From an uncultured Candidatus Saccharibacteria bacterium (GTDB taxonomy: Bacteria > Patescibacteriota > Minisyncoccia > Phycocordibacterales > WO2-35-19): a DNA stretch of 64,000 nt. Of this stretch, positions 8,542 to 18,581 are shown one piece after another. Position 1 is the first letter of the stretch; the number at the start of each line of letters is the position of its first letter. Under the pieces are notes generated by a model. That model was not told where the DNA came from and ran no database searches. It saw only the letters and a list, made by a program, of their open reading frames with translations. The position numbers were made by a program, and so were the translations under genes. The stretch lies in assembly GCA_964489135.1 (NCBI GenBank), contig CAZAXK010000001.1:20615-84614 (forward strand), read 5' to 3'.

Positions 8542-9756
8542 ATGTATACACCATCAAAAAAGGTTTTGGAACGCTATGCGGACGTCTTAGTAAACTTCGC
8601 CCTCGCCGACGGCAAAGGTATAAAGAAAGGCGACGTGGTGCAGGTAACAGCCTCCGAATCAGCGAAGCCGTTGTACGCCGAGATCCTGCGGGCTATCTGG
8701 AAAGCCGGGGGGCACGTTGTCGGCCGATACCAGCCCGACAATGAGAAGTGGTTCCGCTTCGACCGAGAATTCTTCGAGCTCGCCGAGAGCGAGCAGGTTG
8801 AGTTCTTTCCCGCCAAGCTCATGCGTGGACAAATCGACGAGGTAGATCACTCTATTTACGTTATTTCCGAAACCGACAAAAAGTCGCTCCAAGGAGTCGA
8901 CCCCAAGAAAATTATGAAGCGAGGCCAAGCTTGGAAGCAAGCGATGGACTGGCGCAATGAGAAAGAAAACGCCGGCAAATTTACATGGACATTAGGTCTT
9001 TATGGTACCGAGGCGATGGCCAAGGAAGTCGGCATGACGCAGAAAGAATACTGGCAACAAATCATCAAGGCCTGCTTTTTGGACCAAGCCAATCCGGTCG
9101 CTGAATGGAAGAAGGTCTTCGCCCAAATCGAAACATACCGCCGTAAGCTCGACCGACTGCAAATCGAAAAGCTTCATGTCGAAGGGCCCGACGCCGACCT
9201 TTGGGTCAAGATAGGGGAGAAACGATCTTGGAAAGGCGGGAGTGGCAGGAATATTCCGAGCTTTGAAATATTTACTTCGCCCGACTGGCGCGGCACCAAT
9301 GGCTGGATCCGCTTCAACCAACCGCTCTATCGCTACGGCAACCTGATCACTGGTATCGAGCTCGAGTTCAAGGATGGCAAAGTGGTCAGAAGCAAGGCCA
9401 AAACCAACGAAAAGGTTTTGCAGGCCATGATCGCAACCGAAAATGCCGACAAGGTGGGCGAGTACTCGCTCACCGATCGCCGATTTTCTCGCATAACGAA
9501 ATTCATGGGCGAAACTTTGTACGACGAAAACGTTGGCGGACCGTTCGGCAACACCCACATCGCACTCGGCAACGCTTACCACGACTGCTTTGAAGGCGAC
9601 CCGAGCAAGGTGAGCAAGAAAGAGTGGGAGAAGCTTGGATACAACTCCTCCTCAGTCCATACCGACATCATCTCAACCGCTCCGCGCACCGTTACCGCCT
9701 ATCTCCCAAACGGTAAAACCAAAATAATTTATAAAGACGGCCAGTTCGTTTTGTAG
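8542..9756 (+). CDS. M29 family aminopeptidase (AmpS/PepS-like)
   Basis: Full-length similarity pattern to thermophilic aminopeptidase S / aminopeptidase T family (N-terminal VNFAL..GD.V.V and C-terminal GNTHIALG/HTDI motifs). Confidence 0.8.
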   Translation: MYTPSKKVLERYADVLVNFALADGKGIKKGDVVQVTASESAKPLYAEILRAIWKAGGHVVGRYQPDNEKWFRFDREFFELAESEQVEFFPAKLMRGQIDEVDHSIYVISETDKKSLQGVDPKKIMKRGQAWKQAMDWRNEKENAGKFTWTLGLYGTEAMAKEVGMTQKEYWQQIIKACFLDQANPVAEWKKVFAQIETYRRKLDRLQIEKLHVEGPDADLWVKIGEKRSWKGGSGRNIPSFEIFTSPDWRGTNGWIRFNQPLYRYGNLITGIELEFKDGKVVRSKAKTNEKVLQAMIATENADKVGEYSLTDRRFSRITKFMGETLYDENVGGPFGNTHIALGNAYHDCFEGDPSKVSKKEWEKLGYNSSSVHTDIISTAPRTVTAYLPNGKTKIIYKDGQFVL

Positions 9757-9764
9757 AAAATAAG

Positions 9765-10229
9765 ATGAAGGATTGTGATCATACAAGTGTCGGGATGCTT
9801 GTCTACAATGAGGATAAACTCCTTTTAATAGAGCGCGCCAGATTTCCGTTTGGTTTTGCCATTCCAGCTGGACACGTAGATCATGACAAATCATACGAAG
9901 AGGCAGCGGTCAGAGAATTGAAGGAAGAGGTTGGTCTAGAAGTAAAAAGTCTGACTCTTGTGACAGAGGGTAAAAAAACAAATCCTTGCAGAAGAGAGGG
10001 AGGTACGTGGCACTACTGGAAAATATACAAGGTGGAATTTGAAGGCGGGCTTGAAAGAAGCGCTGACGAAACAAAACAGGCCAATTGGTACGACAAGTCC
10101 AAAATCCAAGAATTAGCCACGAAAACAGCTCAGTATTACGCTAAAGAAATTTCTGAAGAGGAGTGGGCAAAAAATCCTGGGTTAGAACCAGTAATGTATG
10201 ATTGGTTTAAAGAACTCAATATAATTTAA
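9765..10229 (+). CDS. NUDIX hydrolase
   Basis: Nudix box GHVDHDKSYEEAAVRELKEEVGLEV (GX5EX7REUXEEXGU). Confidence 0.85.
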   Translation: MKDCDHTSVGMLVYNEDKLLLIERARFPFGFAIPAGHVDHDKSYEEAAVRELKEEVGLEVKSLTLVTEGKKTNPCRREGGTWHYWKIYKVEFEGGLERSADETKQANWYDKSKIQELATKTAQYYAKEISEEEWAKNPGLEPVMYDWFKELNII

Positions 10230-10234
10230 TAGCA

Positions 10235-10696
10235 ATGAAAATCACCATTTGTGGCAGTATTGCATTTTATAAGGAAATGGAGGAAACGCGAGACAAGCTA
10301 ATTAAGCTTGGACACGAAGTCAAAATCCCTGAGCTCGCCATGGAAGTCCCCGAAGAATATGGGGGAGGAAAGAAGGTATACTTTGGTCAATATATAGAAG
10401 ATAACGGAGGGATAGACGCCTTCAAGCCAGAGCACAAGTTGTGGAGTTTGAAGGAAAGCGCAATCAAGGACCATTTCGAAAAGATTGATTGGGCTGATGC
10501 AGTACTTATAGTTAATCCCGAAAAAAGAGGAGTATCTGGTTATGTAGGAGGAAATACTTTGATTGAAATTGGTGTAGCATTCTACACAAAAAAGAAAGTA
10601 TTTATTTTGAATGACGTGTCAGCTACTCTTTCATATAAACAGGAGATACTCGGTATGAAGCCAATTGTCCTAAATGGCGATTTGGGTAAAATATAA
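10235..10696 (+). CDS. nucleoside 2-deoxyribosyltransferase-like (Ndt/DNPH1-fold) protein
   Basis: MKITICGS...ADAVLIVN...GYVGGNTLIEIGVAFYTKKKVFIL resembles the Rossmann-like Ndt/Rcl family with a conserved Glu in the GxTxxEIGxA context. Six nt after the NUDIX gene. Confidence 0.5.
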   Translation: MKITICGSIAFYKEMEETRDKLIKLGHEVKIPELAMEVPEEYGGGKKVYFGQYIEDNGGIDAFKPEHKLWSLKESAIKDHFEKIDWADAVLIVNPEKRGVSGYVGGNTLIEIGVAFYTKKKVFILNDVSATLSYKQEILGMKPIVLNGDLGKI

Positions 10697-10698
10697 AA

Positions 10699-11472
10699 AT
10701 GAAATTAATTACACTAAACACTTGGGGTGGGAGAGCGGGCAAAGAAGGATTGCTCCAATTTTTTGCAGAGCACAGGAATATCGATATATTCTGTCTTCAA
10801 GAAATATGGTCAGCGCCATATGAGCACCTAGAAGGACAACTCGCCGGAGGACTGCGGATCGATAATTCTAGGGTTATGACGTACGGAATGCAAGAAATCT
10901 CTGGCCTTCTTGCGGATGAGTTCAACGCATTCTTCAACCCTAATCATGGCGATCATTATGGCCTTATGATGTTGGTACGCAAGAATCTTAACGTAGTGGC
11001 AAAGGGAGAAGTGTTTGTATACAAAGAAAAAGGTTACGTGGAAACATGGGATGTCGGTGATCATGCAAGAAATATTCAATACTTAACGTTGAATATTAAC
11101 GACCAACCACTTACAGTTATGAATTTCCACGGTTTATGGAACGGGAAGGGAAAAATAGACTCGGAAGATAGAATAGATCAATCGAAAAAGATAGTCGACT
11201 TTCTCAAGTCATTGAATGGAGATTGCGTTTTTGCCGGCGACTTTAATTTGTTGCCAGACACAGAGAGTATGAAAATAATTGAATCTGCGGGTCTCAAGAA
11301 TCTTGTGAGAAATTACGGTATAACTTCGACCAGAACCTCGATTTACAAGAAGCCAGAAAAGCATGCTAGCTACGTGCTCGTTTCTGATAATATAGAGGTA
11401 AAAGATTTTAGAGTATTACCAGACGAAGTATCAGACCACTCACCACTATTTTTAGATTTTGAGTTAAAATAA
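10699..11472 (+). CDS. endonuclease/exonuclease/phosphatase (EEP) family protein
   Basis: LNTWGG...CLQE N-terminal motif, GDFN and SDHSPL C-terminal motifs of the EEP fold. Three nt after the previous gene. Confidence 0.75.
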   Translation: MKLITLNTWGGRAGKEGLLQFFAEHRNIDIFCLQEIWSAPYEHLEGQLAGGLRIDNSRVMTYGMQEISGLLADEFNAFFNPNHGDHYGLMMLVRKNLNVVAKGEVFVYKEKGYVETWDVGDHARNIQYLTLNINDQPLTVMNFHGLWNGKGKIDSEDRIDQSKKIVDFLKSLNGDCVFAGDFNLLPDTESMKIIESAGLKNLVRNYGITSTRTSIYKKPEKHASYVLVSDNIEVKDFRVLPDEVSDHSPLFLDFELK

Positions 11473-11477
11473 TAACT

Positions 11478-13358
11478 ATGACATCTGCAGAAGTTAGAAA
11501 GAAATATTTGGAATTTTTTGAGAAGAGGGGACACAAAGTGATCCCGAGCGCTCCTTTGGTGCCTGAGAACGACCCGACCACACTTTTTACAGCATCTGGT
11601 ATGCAACCAATGGTGCCTTATCTTCTTGGACAAAAGCACCCTCTCGGTAAAAGAATTTCTGACTCACAAAAATCATTTAGGACAGTGGATATCGATGAGG
11701 TTGGAGATAATCGCCACACCACATTTTTTGAAATGCTCGGTAATTGGTCACTTGGTGATTATTTCAAAAAGGAACAAATCGAATGGATGTTTGAATTTTT
11801 AATTGATGAAGTTGGTATCGACCCAAATAGACTTTATGTCACAACCTTTATAGGAGATGAGGACAACAAAATTCCGAAAGACACTGAATCTGCACAAATA
11901 TGGAAATCTCTTTTTGCAACCAAAGGAATAGAAGCAAAAGAAGTTGAGATTGGAAGCGAAGAAAACGGTTACAAGGTCGGTATGCAAAATGGAAGAATTT
12001 TTTATTATGATGTAAAGAAAAATTGGTGGAGCAGGGCAGGAACACCTGCAAATATGCCAGCTGGCGAACCTGGGGGTCCAGATTCAGAAATGTTTTATGA
12101 ATTTACTGATGTTGCCCATAATAAAGAATTTGGTGAGCATTGTCATCCAAATTGCGATTGCGGAAGGTTTTTGGAAATTGGAAATAATGTGTTTATGGAA
12201 TACATCAAAAATTCTGACGGCACATTTTCAAACCTACCGCAACAAAATGTTGATTTTGGCGGCGGTTTAGAACGTCTGGTGATGGCTACAAGTAACTGTC
12301 CAGATGTAATAGAGGTAAATCATGCGCCAATTATTGCTTACCTTGAAAAAGCTTCGGGTAAAAAATACAAACAAAATCAAATAGAGACGAAAGCATTCCG
12401 TGTAATTGCGGATCATATGAAAGCCGCGACATTTTTAATATCAGACGGTGTACTCCCATCAAATACCGATAGAGGTTATTTTGTCAGAAGACTAATACGC
12501 CGAAGTGTAAGATTCGCTGATTCGTTAGGAATAAAGGAAAATTTACTTTCAGAGATTGTCTACCCAGTTGCAGAAATGTATAAAGATTCTTATCCGGACG
12601 TTAGTCAGAAAATAAAAATTATATCTGAAGAGATTAAATTAGAAGAAGAAAAGTTTAGGAATACTCTCGAAAAAGGTTTGAGGGAATTTGAAAAGGGCAC
12701 TGATCCATTTGTTCTCTTCACCTCCTACGGCTTTCCATTTGAGCTGACTCTCGAACTCGCCAAAGAGAAGGGAATGAAAATAGATGAGGAAAAGTTTAAA
12801 AAAGATTTGGAAGCGCACCAAGAGCTTAGCCGTGCCGGAAGCGAGCAAAAGTTTAAAGGCGGGCTCGGGGACACTAGCGAAATGTCGGTCAAGTATCACA
12901 CTGCTACACACCTGCTTCACAAGGCGCTCCGCGAAGTGCTCGGGGAGCATGTGGAACAAAAGGGTAGCAACATTACTCCCGAAAGACTCCGCTTCGACTT
13001 TTCTCACCCCCAAAAAATGACTGATGATGAGAAGAAGAGGGTTGAAGATATTGTCAATCAGAAAATTGCCGAGGATTTGCCAGTCCAAAATATTGTCTTA
13101 CCGAAAGAAGAGGCACTCCAGACCGGCGCGCTACATTTCTTCGGCGAGAAGTACGGCGACCAAGTATCTGTCTATTGTATAGGAGAGGATCTCGAAACCG
13201 CTTACTCAAAAGAATTTTGTGGGGGACCCCACGTTGAGAGAACTGGCGATCTAGCTCGATCGAGCAACCCTTCGACAAGCTCAGGGTTAAAATTTTCAAT
13301 TTTAAAAGAAGAAGCCGTTGCACAAGGGATAAGGAGGATAAAAGCAGCGCTCGAATAA
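11478..13358 (+). CDS. alaS: alanyl-tRNA synthetase, short form lacking C-Ala domain
   Basis: FFEMLGNWSLGDYFK signature and HCHPNCDCGRF zinc motif. Only 626 aa, against ~870 aa in typical bacteria. Confidence 0.9.
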   Translation: MTSAEVRKKYLEFFEKRGHKVIPSAPLVPENDPTTLFTASGMQPMVPYLLGQKHPLGKRISDSQKSFRTVDIDEVGDNRHTTFFEMLGNWSLGDYFKKEQIEWMFEFLIDEVGIDPNRLYVTTFIGDEDNKIPKDTESAQIWKSLFATKGIEAKEVEIGSEENGYKVGMQNGRIFYYDVKKNWWSRAGTPANMPAGEPGGPDSEMFYEFTDVAHNKEFGEHCHPNCDCGRFLEIGNNVFMEYIKNSDGTFSNLPQQNVDFGGGLERLVMATSNCPDVIEVNHAPIIAYLEKASGKKYKQNQIETKAFRVIADHMKAATFLISDGVLPSNTDRGYFVRRLIRRSVRFADSLGIKENLLSEIVYPVAEMYKDSYPDVSQKIKIISEEIKLEEEKFRNTLEKGLREFEKGTDPFVLFTSYGFPFELTLELAKEKGMKIDEEKFKKDLEAHQELSRAGSEQKFKGGLGDTSEMSVKYHTATHLLHKALREVLGEHVEQKGSNITPERLRFDFSHPQKMTDDEKKRVEDIVNQKIAEDLPVQNIVLPKEEALQTGALHFFGEKYGDQVSVYCIGEDLETAYSKEFCGGPHVERTGDLARSSNPSTSSGLKFSILKEEAVAQGIRRIKAALE

Positions 13359-13413
13359 ATTCTTTTTCCACACAAAATTTTATTTGCAACTTAAAAGGTT
13401 GTATAATCGGACT

Positions 13414-14790
13414 ATGCCAAGAGTTCAATTTAGTGATGTCGTTCCTCCAGAAAAACGAAGCATCCGCAACATTCCTATTCCAAATTCCGCACGGAGAACC
13501 AAAACTCCTTCTTCGCCGATCAAGACAAACGTTGAGCCAGAGATCTTTAACGAACCCATAATCGTAACCGACACCCCTGCTCCCAAGTACCCCGAATCGA
13601 ATCCGGTGAACATCACCAAGAAAAGAACCGAACACTACTATCACGAAGACGGCTTCCCAAATCCCAAGAAACGCAGATGGATTTTTGGCGTGCTTACCGT
13701 ATTTTGTATCGTTGCCTTTGTTGCAATAATGATGACCATCTTCTCTTCGGCAACCGTAGGCGTCATTCCTCAGTCACAAACTCTTGCGGTGGCAACCAAG
13801 ATCGAGGCCGGTCCGGAAATAGCAGGCGCAAGTAGAGTACCTTACGAAATCGTCAAAACAGTCAAGACCGACAGCGTCTCTGTCGATGCAACCGATGAGG
13901 AGATGGTAGAGCGCAAGGCCTCAGGCAAGATCGTAGTCTACAACAACTTTTCAAGCGAGCCGCAACGTCTCATTATTCGTACCCGATTTGAAAGTTCTGA
14001 CGGTCTTATTTATCGCATTCCCGAATCGATCACCGTACCGGGCAAAACGGCGACCGGACCTGGGTCTCTAGAAGTCGAGGTTTTCGCCGACGAACCGGGC
14101 GAGAAGTACAATATCGGCAAAACCGACTTCACCATCCCCGGATTCAAGACCGACAAGGACCGATACACCAATTTCTATGCCAAATCTTCATCCGAAATGT
14201 CTGGAGGACTAGTAGGAAAGGTAAAGAAGATAGATGCAAACACCCGAACGACCGCTCTCCAAAAGCTCGATGATAGTTTGCGAGGTGAAATCGAGAAGGA
14301 GCTTGCGCTGCAAACCCCTTCCGGCCTAGTAATGCTCAGCGGCTCGGTATTTTTCGAATCCAAGGAATTGCCTCAGAAAGATTCTGGTAGCACCGCAACC
14401 CTGACCAAAGAGGTTACCGGCTATGCACTCATGCTAAGAAAAGACCTTCTTTCTAAAGTCCTAGTTGATCAATACCTTTCGTCATCAACCGATTGGCAGG
14501 GTATTCAGGCGACTATCCCAGACTTTTCTAATATAAAAGTGTCTGAAAAGCCCACCTCCGTTCCAAAGGCCGGAGATATGGTGATGCTCAAAATCGAAGG
14601 CAACGCTTTGGCTAAGGCCCAAATTGACGCAAATATTTTAAGTGAGGCCCTAGCGGGTGCAAACCGCAACGCTATTTCCTCAATTGTCCAAAAAATCGCC
14701 GGAATAGAGAGTGTGAAGGTCAGCATCAGGCCGGCGTGGAAGCGCTCCTTGCCCGACCGAGGAGATAAAATATATATTGACATCGAATAA
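13414..14790 (+). CDS. hypothetical membrane-anchored protein
   Basis: Start taken at MPRVQF (ATG 13414) because TATAAT (13402-13407) lies exactly 6 nt upstream. The ORF track start at 13384 is in the same frame. One TM (WIFGVLTVFCIVAFVAIMMTIF) then a large extracytoplasmic domain with no recognisable motif. Confidence 0.5.
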   Translation: MPRVQFSDVVPPEKRSIRNIPIPNSARRTKTPSSPIKTNVEPEIFNEPIIVTDTPAPKYPESNPVNITKKRTEHYYHEDGFPNPKKRRWIFGVLTVFCIVAFVAIMMTIFSSATVGVIPQSQTLAVATKIEAGPEIAGASRVPYEIVKTVKTDSVSVDATDEEMVERKASGKIVVYNNFSSEPQRLIIRTRFESSDGLIYRIPESITVPGKTATGPGSLEVEVFADEPGEKYNIGKTDFTIPGFKTDKDRYTNFYAKSSSEMSGGLVGKVKKIDANTRTTALQKLDDSLRGEIEKELALQTPSGLVMLSGSVFFESKELPQKDSGSTATLTKEVTGYALMLRKDLLSKVLVDQYLSSSTDWQGIQATIPDFSNIKVSEKPTSVPKAGDMVMLKIEGNALAKAQIDANILSEALAGANRNAISSIVQKIAGIESVKVSIRPAWKRSLPDRGDKIYIDIE

Positions 14791-14833
14791 CGCTTTGTGA
14801 TAGTCTTTACCGACAAGCGTGTTTCATTAAAAA

Positions 14834-15091
14834 ATGACGGATAAAAAAGGCCAGGAAGTCAGTTTGGGTACAGTTACAGAAGCGCTTCCAAACGCGCTGT
14901 TCAAGGTAAGGCTCGATAAAGCCGAACCGGAAATAATGGCCTATATTTCGGGTAAAATGCGACTCAATCGGATCAAGGTCCTGATAGGGGATCGTGTAGA
15001 ACTTGTGCTTGACCCGTATGGGGGAAGAGCCAGAATTGTCCGCCGAATAGACAACAGAAAGACGCAAGGTGAGAACGAATTAGCCAAATGA
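14834..15091 (+). CDS. infA: translation initiation factor IF-1
   Basis: [17 protein letters not shown]...ISGKMR...IGDRV..DPYG...RIVRR is canonical IF-1. Confidence 0.9.
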   Translation: MTDKKGQEVSLGTVTEALPNALFKVRLDKAEPEIMAYISGKMRLNRIKVLIGDRVELVLDPYGGRARIVRRIDNRKTQGENELAK

Positions 15092-15204
15092 AAGTCAAAG
15101 CTTCGGTCAAAAAAATATGCGCCAAATGCAAGCTGGTGCGCCGGCGTGGCGTTTTGTTTGTTATTTGCAAGAGCAACCCAAAGCACAAGCAAAGGCAAGG
15201 ATAA
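15088..15204 (+). CDS. rpmJ: 50S ribosomal protein L36
   Basis: 38-aa [41 protein letters not shown] with the C-x2-C...C-x4-H-like zinc ribbon. Start overlaps the infA stop (ATGA). Below the ORF track size cutoff. Confidence 0.85.
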   Translation: MKVKASVKKICAKCKLVRRRGVLFVICKSNPKHKQRQG

Positions 15205-15251
15205 TCGATGATAGATTTAAATTTTGAGATATAATTTTTGAGATAAATATA

Positions 15252-15632
15252 ATGAGAATACTAGGCATCACAATTCCAGAAGAAAAGCGACTCGAAATCG
15301 GTCTGACCACCCTTTTTGGTGTCGGCCGATCCCGCGCTCAAAAGATATTGAGTGAAGCCGGCGTGGAATGGGGTGCCAAGCCCAAGGACCTCAATACCGA
15401 AAAGGAGAATGAGATCCGCAAGATAGTCGAGAGTCTCCGCATCGAAGGCGACTTGAAGCGTGAGGTTGCCTCCAACGTAAAGCGCCTCAAAGACATCAAG
15501 GCCTACCGCGGATTGCGACATATAAGGAGTCTTCCTGTAAGAGGCCAGCGCACCAAGACCAATTCTCGAACCCGTCGAGGCAATGTTCGCAAGACTGCTG
15601 GTACTGGTAGAAGGGCGGTTGAGAAGAAATAG
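15252..15632 (+). CDS. rpsM: 30S ribosomal protein S13
   Basis: MRILGITIPEEKRLEIGLTTLFGVGRSRAQKIL is the canonical S13 N-terminus. Confidence 0.95.
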   Translation: MRILGITIPEEKRLEIGLTTLFGVGRSRAQKILSEAGVEWGAKPKDLNTEKENEIRKIVESLRIEGDLKREVASNVKRLKDIKAYRGLRHIRSLPVRGQRTKTNSRTRRGNVRKTAGTGRRAVEKK

Positions 15633-15684
15633 AACACGACACCAATACACGAATTCAAACGAATAACACAAATATATAAATAAA

Positions 15685-16110
15685 ATGGGAAAGAAAAGAA
15701 TTGCAACATCAGAACAAGCAGGGGCCGAGGCTTCGCAGGGAGCCAAGTCCGGAGGCAAAAAGAAGGTTGATGCCGGTATTTTGCACGTAGAATCGACTTA
15801 CAACAACACCAAACTCCTCCTGACTGATAAGAAGGGCAACGCGGTTTTGGCTTCGTCGAGTGGCAAGCTTGGATTCAAGGGTGCAAAGAAAGGCACACCA
15901 TTCGCCTCTGCCAAAGTAGGCGAGACACTCGGTACCCTAGCTCACGAAATGGGAGTAAAGGAAGTATCGGTAGTGGTCAAAGGTGTGGGCTCGGGTCGCG
16001 AATCAGCAATCAGAGGATTTATCAGCAAGGGTATAAACCTCACATCAATCAAAGATGTAACGCCGGTGCCTCACAACGGACCGAAGCCCAAGAAACCCCG
16101 TCGCGTATAA
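15685..16110 (+). CDS. rpsK: 30S ribosomal protein S11
   Basis: GILHVESTYNNT...GFKGAKKGTPFA...VKGVGSGRESAIR are S11 signatures. Confidence 0.95.
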   Translation: MGKKRIATSEQAGAEASQGAKSGGKKKVDAGILHVESTYNNTKLLLTDKKGNAVLASSSGKLGFKGAKKGTPFASAKVGETLGTLAHEMGVKEVSVVVKGVGSGRESAIRGFISKGINLTSIKDVTPVPHNGPKPKKPRRV

Positions 16111-16152
16111 TCTTTCATATTATTTCGTAACTTTTCGTATAAATTTCGTATC

Positions 16153-16752
16153 ATGAAAATCGGACCAAAATACAAAATAGCTAGACGCCTCGGAGCCCCC
16201 GTGTTTGAAAAGACGCAAACACAGAAGTTTGCCTTGCGTGAGGGCAAGAAATCCAAATTTGGCGGCAGACCCAAGACCGACTACGGCCTCCAGCTCAACG
16301 AAAAGCAAAAAGCCAAGATGTTTTATTCGGTCACCGAGAAACAGTTCGCGAAGTATGTCAGCAAATCTTTGGCCAAAGCTGGTTCACCAACCACCAATCT
16401 TCTCTCTGTGTTGGAAAAGAGATTGGACAACGTAGTCTGGAGAGCTGGCATGATCACCACTCACCGTGGTGCCCGACAAGCAGTAGCTCATGGACACTTT
16501 TTGGTCAACGGCCGAAGAACTTTCGTCCCATCTTATGAAGTAAAGGCAGGGGATGTAATAAGCATCCGAGAAGGAAGCAAGGGTAGCCGACTCTTCTCGG
16601 AGCTCGAGAATCGCCTTATGGAAATCCAAGCACCAGCTTGGCTTAAAGTTGACCCAAAGAAGAGAGAGGTGACGATCAAATCTGAGGCCATTGAGTCCCA
16701 GAATGAAATGCTTTTTGATCTGGGCCGAGTTATAGAATTTTATCAAAGATAA
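16153..16752 (+). CDS. rpsD: 30S ribosomal protein S4
   Basis: S4 N-terminal region plus S4 RNA-binding domain (LEKRLDNVVWRAGMITTHRGARQAVAHGHFLVNGRR). Confidence 0.95.
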   Translation: MKIGPKYKIARRLGAPVFEKTQTQKFALREGKKSKFGGRPKTDYGLQLNEKQKAKMFYSVTEKQFAKYVSKSLAKAGSPTTNLLSVLEKRLDNVVWRAGMITTHRGARQAVAHGHFLVNGRRTFVPSYEVKAGDVISIREGSKGSRLFSELENRLMEIQAPAWLKVDPKKREVTIKSEAIESQNEMLFDLGRVIEFYQR

Positions 16753-16778
16753 AAATTAAAAAACTAATTACTAAACAC

Positions 16779-17744
16779 ATGGATAACTTCGATAAATCAA
16801 TCATCCTCCCTTCAAAACCTCGGATAGTGTCTGAGGAGGAGAACCGGGGCGTCTACGAAATAGACGGCTTTTATCCTGGCTACGGCTACACAATCGGCAA
16901 CAGTCTTCGCCGAATCATCCTTTCTTCGTTGCCGGGCACAGCGATCACCTCGATCAAGATCAATGGCGTAAACCACGAGTTTAGCAGTATTGATGGGGTA
17001 AAAGAAGACGCAGTTGTAATAATGCTCAATATCAAGAAGCTACGTCTCAAAATGACCGGCAACGAAGCACAGAAGCTCACGCTGAAGGCTAAGGGCCAGA
17101 CAGTCGTTACCGCCAAAGACATCGAAGTTCCTGGTCAAATCGAAATAATGAACCCAGAGCTCGTTATTGCAACTCTCACAGACAAGAGTGCCGTGCTAGA
17201 GATGGAATTGACTGCTGAGAAAGGTTTGGGCTTTGTCGCTCGTGATGCAGTGAGCAAGAACAAAACAGACATCGGTATTATAAACATCGACGCAAACTTC
17301 ACCCCAATCAGGAGAGCAAGCTACGAAGTAGAAAATATGCGCGTCGGCGACCGCACCGACTTCAATCGACTCCGAATCACTTTGGAAACCGACGGAAGCG
17401 TCAGCCCAAAGGAAGCGCTTGAAAAGTCGATCAATATTATGATAGAACAGCTCAAGGCCATCACCGGCTTCGAAGAGCGCGAGGAGATGGACTCGGAAGC
17501 AGAAGCTGAACCTCAAAGCACTCATAGCGAAACCAAGCTGGATGCCGAATTCCTCAAGACCCGCATCGAATCTCTTGAGCTCTCGGCTCGTACTCTGAAC
17601 GCTCTTACAAGCGCAAATATTCGCACTGTCGGTGGCTTGGCCCGCAAGAAAGAGAAGGACATTCTAGAAATAGAAGGTCTTGGAGCTAAGGGTGTCGCTG
17701 AAATTAAGCGTGTCCTTAGCGATCATGGCATCACACTGAAATAA
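16779..17744 (+). CDS. rpoA: DNA-directed RNA polymerase subunit alpha
   Basis: GYGYTIGNSLRRIILSSLPG N-terminal domain and C-terminal alphaCTD (LELSARTLNALTSANIRTVGGL). Confidence 0.95.
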   Translation: MDNFDKSIILPSKPRIVSEEENRGVYEIDGFYPGYGYTIGNSLRRIILSSLPGTAITSIKINGVNHEFSSIDGVKEDAVVIMLNIKKLRLKMTGNEAQKLTLKAKGQTVVTAKDIEVPGQIEIMNPELVIATLTDKSAVLEMELTAEKGLGFVARDAVSKNKTDIGIINIDANFTPIRRASYEVENMRVGDRTDFNRLRITLETDGSVSPKEALEKSINIMIEQLKAITGFEEREEMDSEAEAEPQSTHSETKLDAEFLKTRIESLELSARTLNALTSANIRTVGGLARKKEKDILEIEGLGAKGVAEIKRVLSDHGITLK

Positions 17745-17747
17745 AAC

Positions 17748-18098
17748 ATGCGTCATCACAACCAAAACAGAAAATTCGGAAGAGTAAGAAAGGTAAGAAG
17801 AGCTTTGCTCAACTCTCTGGCCCGATCTTTGGTCTTGCACGAACGAGTAGAAACAACTGAAGCCAAAGCCAAAGAAACTCGTCCTTTTGCCGAGAAGCTC
17901 GTAAGCAAAGCCAAAGTGGGTACCCTTGCGGCTACTCGAAGTTTGGTAGAAAAGGTGGGCAAGACTGCAACCAAAAAGTTGACCGATGAGCTCGCCAAGA
18001 GATACGAGAAGAGAAGTGGTGGCTATACCCGAATCACCAAGACCAAACCCCGACTTTCTGATGGTAGTAAGATGGCGATTATTGAGTTTATAAAGTAG
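17748..18098 (+). CDS. rplQ: 50S ribosomal protein L17
   Basis: MRHHNQNRKFGRVRKVRRALLNSLARSLVLHERVETT is canonical L17. Confidence 0.95.
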   Translation: MRHHNQNRKFGRVRKVRRALLNSLARSLVLHERVETTEAKAKETRPFAEKLVSKAKVGTLAATRSLVEKVGKTATKKLTDELAKRYEKRSGGYTRITKTKPRLSDGSKMAIIEFIK

Positions 18099-18110
18099 AA
18101 AGTTATAAAG

Positions 18111-18464
18111 TTGAAAGTTATGGAACACACAATTGATGCACAAAACAAGAAGATAGGTAGAATCGCAAGCGAAGCGGCCAAATTGCTCATGGGCAAGAAC
18201 CGAACAGATTTTGTGCGCAACGCGATCCCTGACGTTACGGTCAAAATCGTCAACGCCGGCAAGATAGACATCACCAACAAAAAGCTCAATACCAAATCCT
18301 ACAAGAGCTACTCCGGCTATCCGGGTGGCTTGAAGGAAGTCAGCATGAAGAAGCTCGTAGCCGATAAAGGCAACAAAGAAGCATTCAGAAAGGCAGTGAG
18401 TGGCATGTTGCCCAAAAATAAGCTTCGCGACCGAATGATGAAGAATTTAATTGTCACAGATTAA
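18111..18464 (+). CDS. rplM: 50S ribosomal protein L13
   Basis: WH-like start (HTIDAQNKKIGRIASEAAKLLMGK), D-x-G VKIVNAGKIDITNKK, YKSYSGYPGG are L13 hallmarks. Confidence 0.9.
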   Translation: MKVMEHTIDAQNKKIGRIASEAAKLLMGKNRTDFVRNAIPDVTVKIVNAGKIDITNKKLNTKSYKSYSGYPGGLKEVSMKKLVADKGNKEAFRKAVSGMLPKNKLRDRMMKNLIVTD

Positions 18465-18581
18465 TTTTCAAGTATCAATTACCAATTTACAATAAATTAC
18501 AAAATTTTCAATTTTCAATCATTGAGACAATGAAAATTTAATGAAAACTGAAAATTCTAAATTGAAAATTTAAATAAAAAC
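18465..18581. repeat. AT-rich intergenic region with TTTTCAA/TTGAAAA heptamer direct and inverted repeats upstream of rpsI
   Basis: AAAATTTTCAATTTTCAAT (18500-18518) and inverted copies GAAAATTT, GAAAACTGAAAATTC, TTGAAAATTT (18532-18571). The same heptamer array recurs inside gltX. Confidence 0.6.

Noticed and set aside
7598-9582. 268-aa (+, 7598-8404) and 196-aa (-, 8992-9582) ORFs
   Set aside because: Antisense to the M16 peptidase and M29 aminopeptidase genes respectively; no motifs.
18465-18581. CRISPR-like appearance of the TTTTCAA repeats
   Set aside because: The units are 7 nt with no spacers of 25-40 nt. This is microsatellite-like, not CRISPR.
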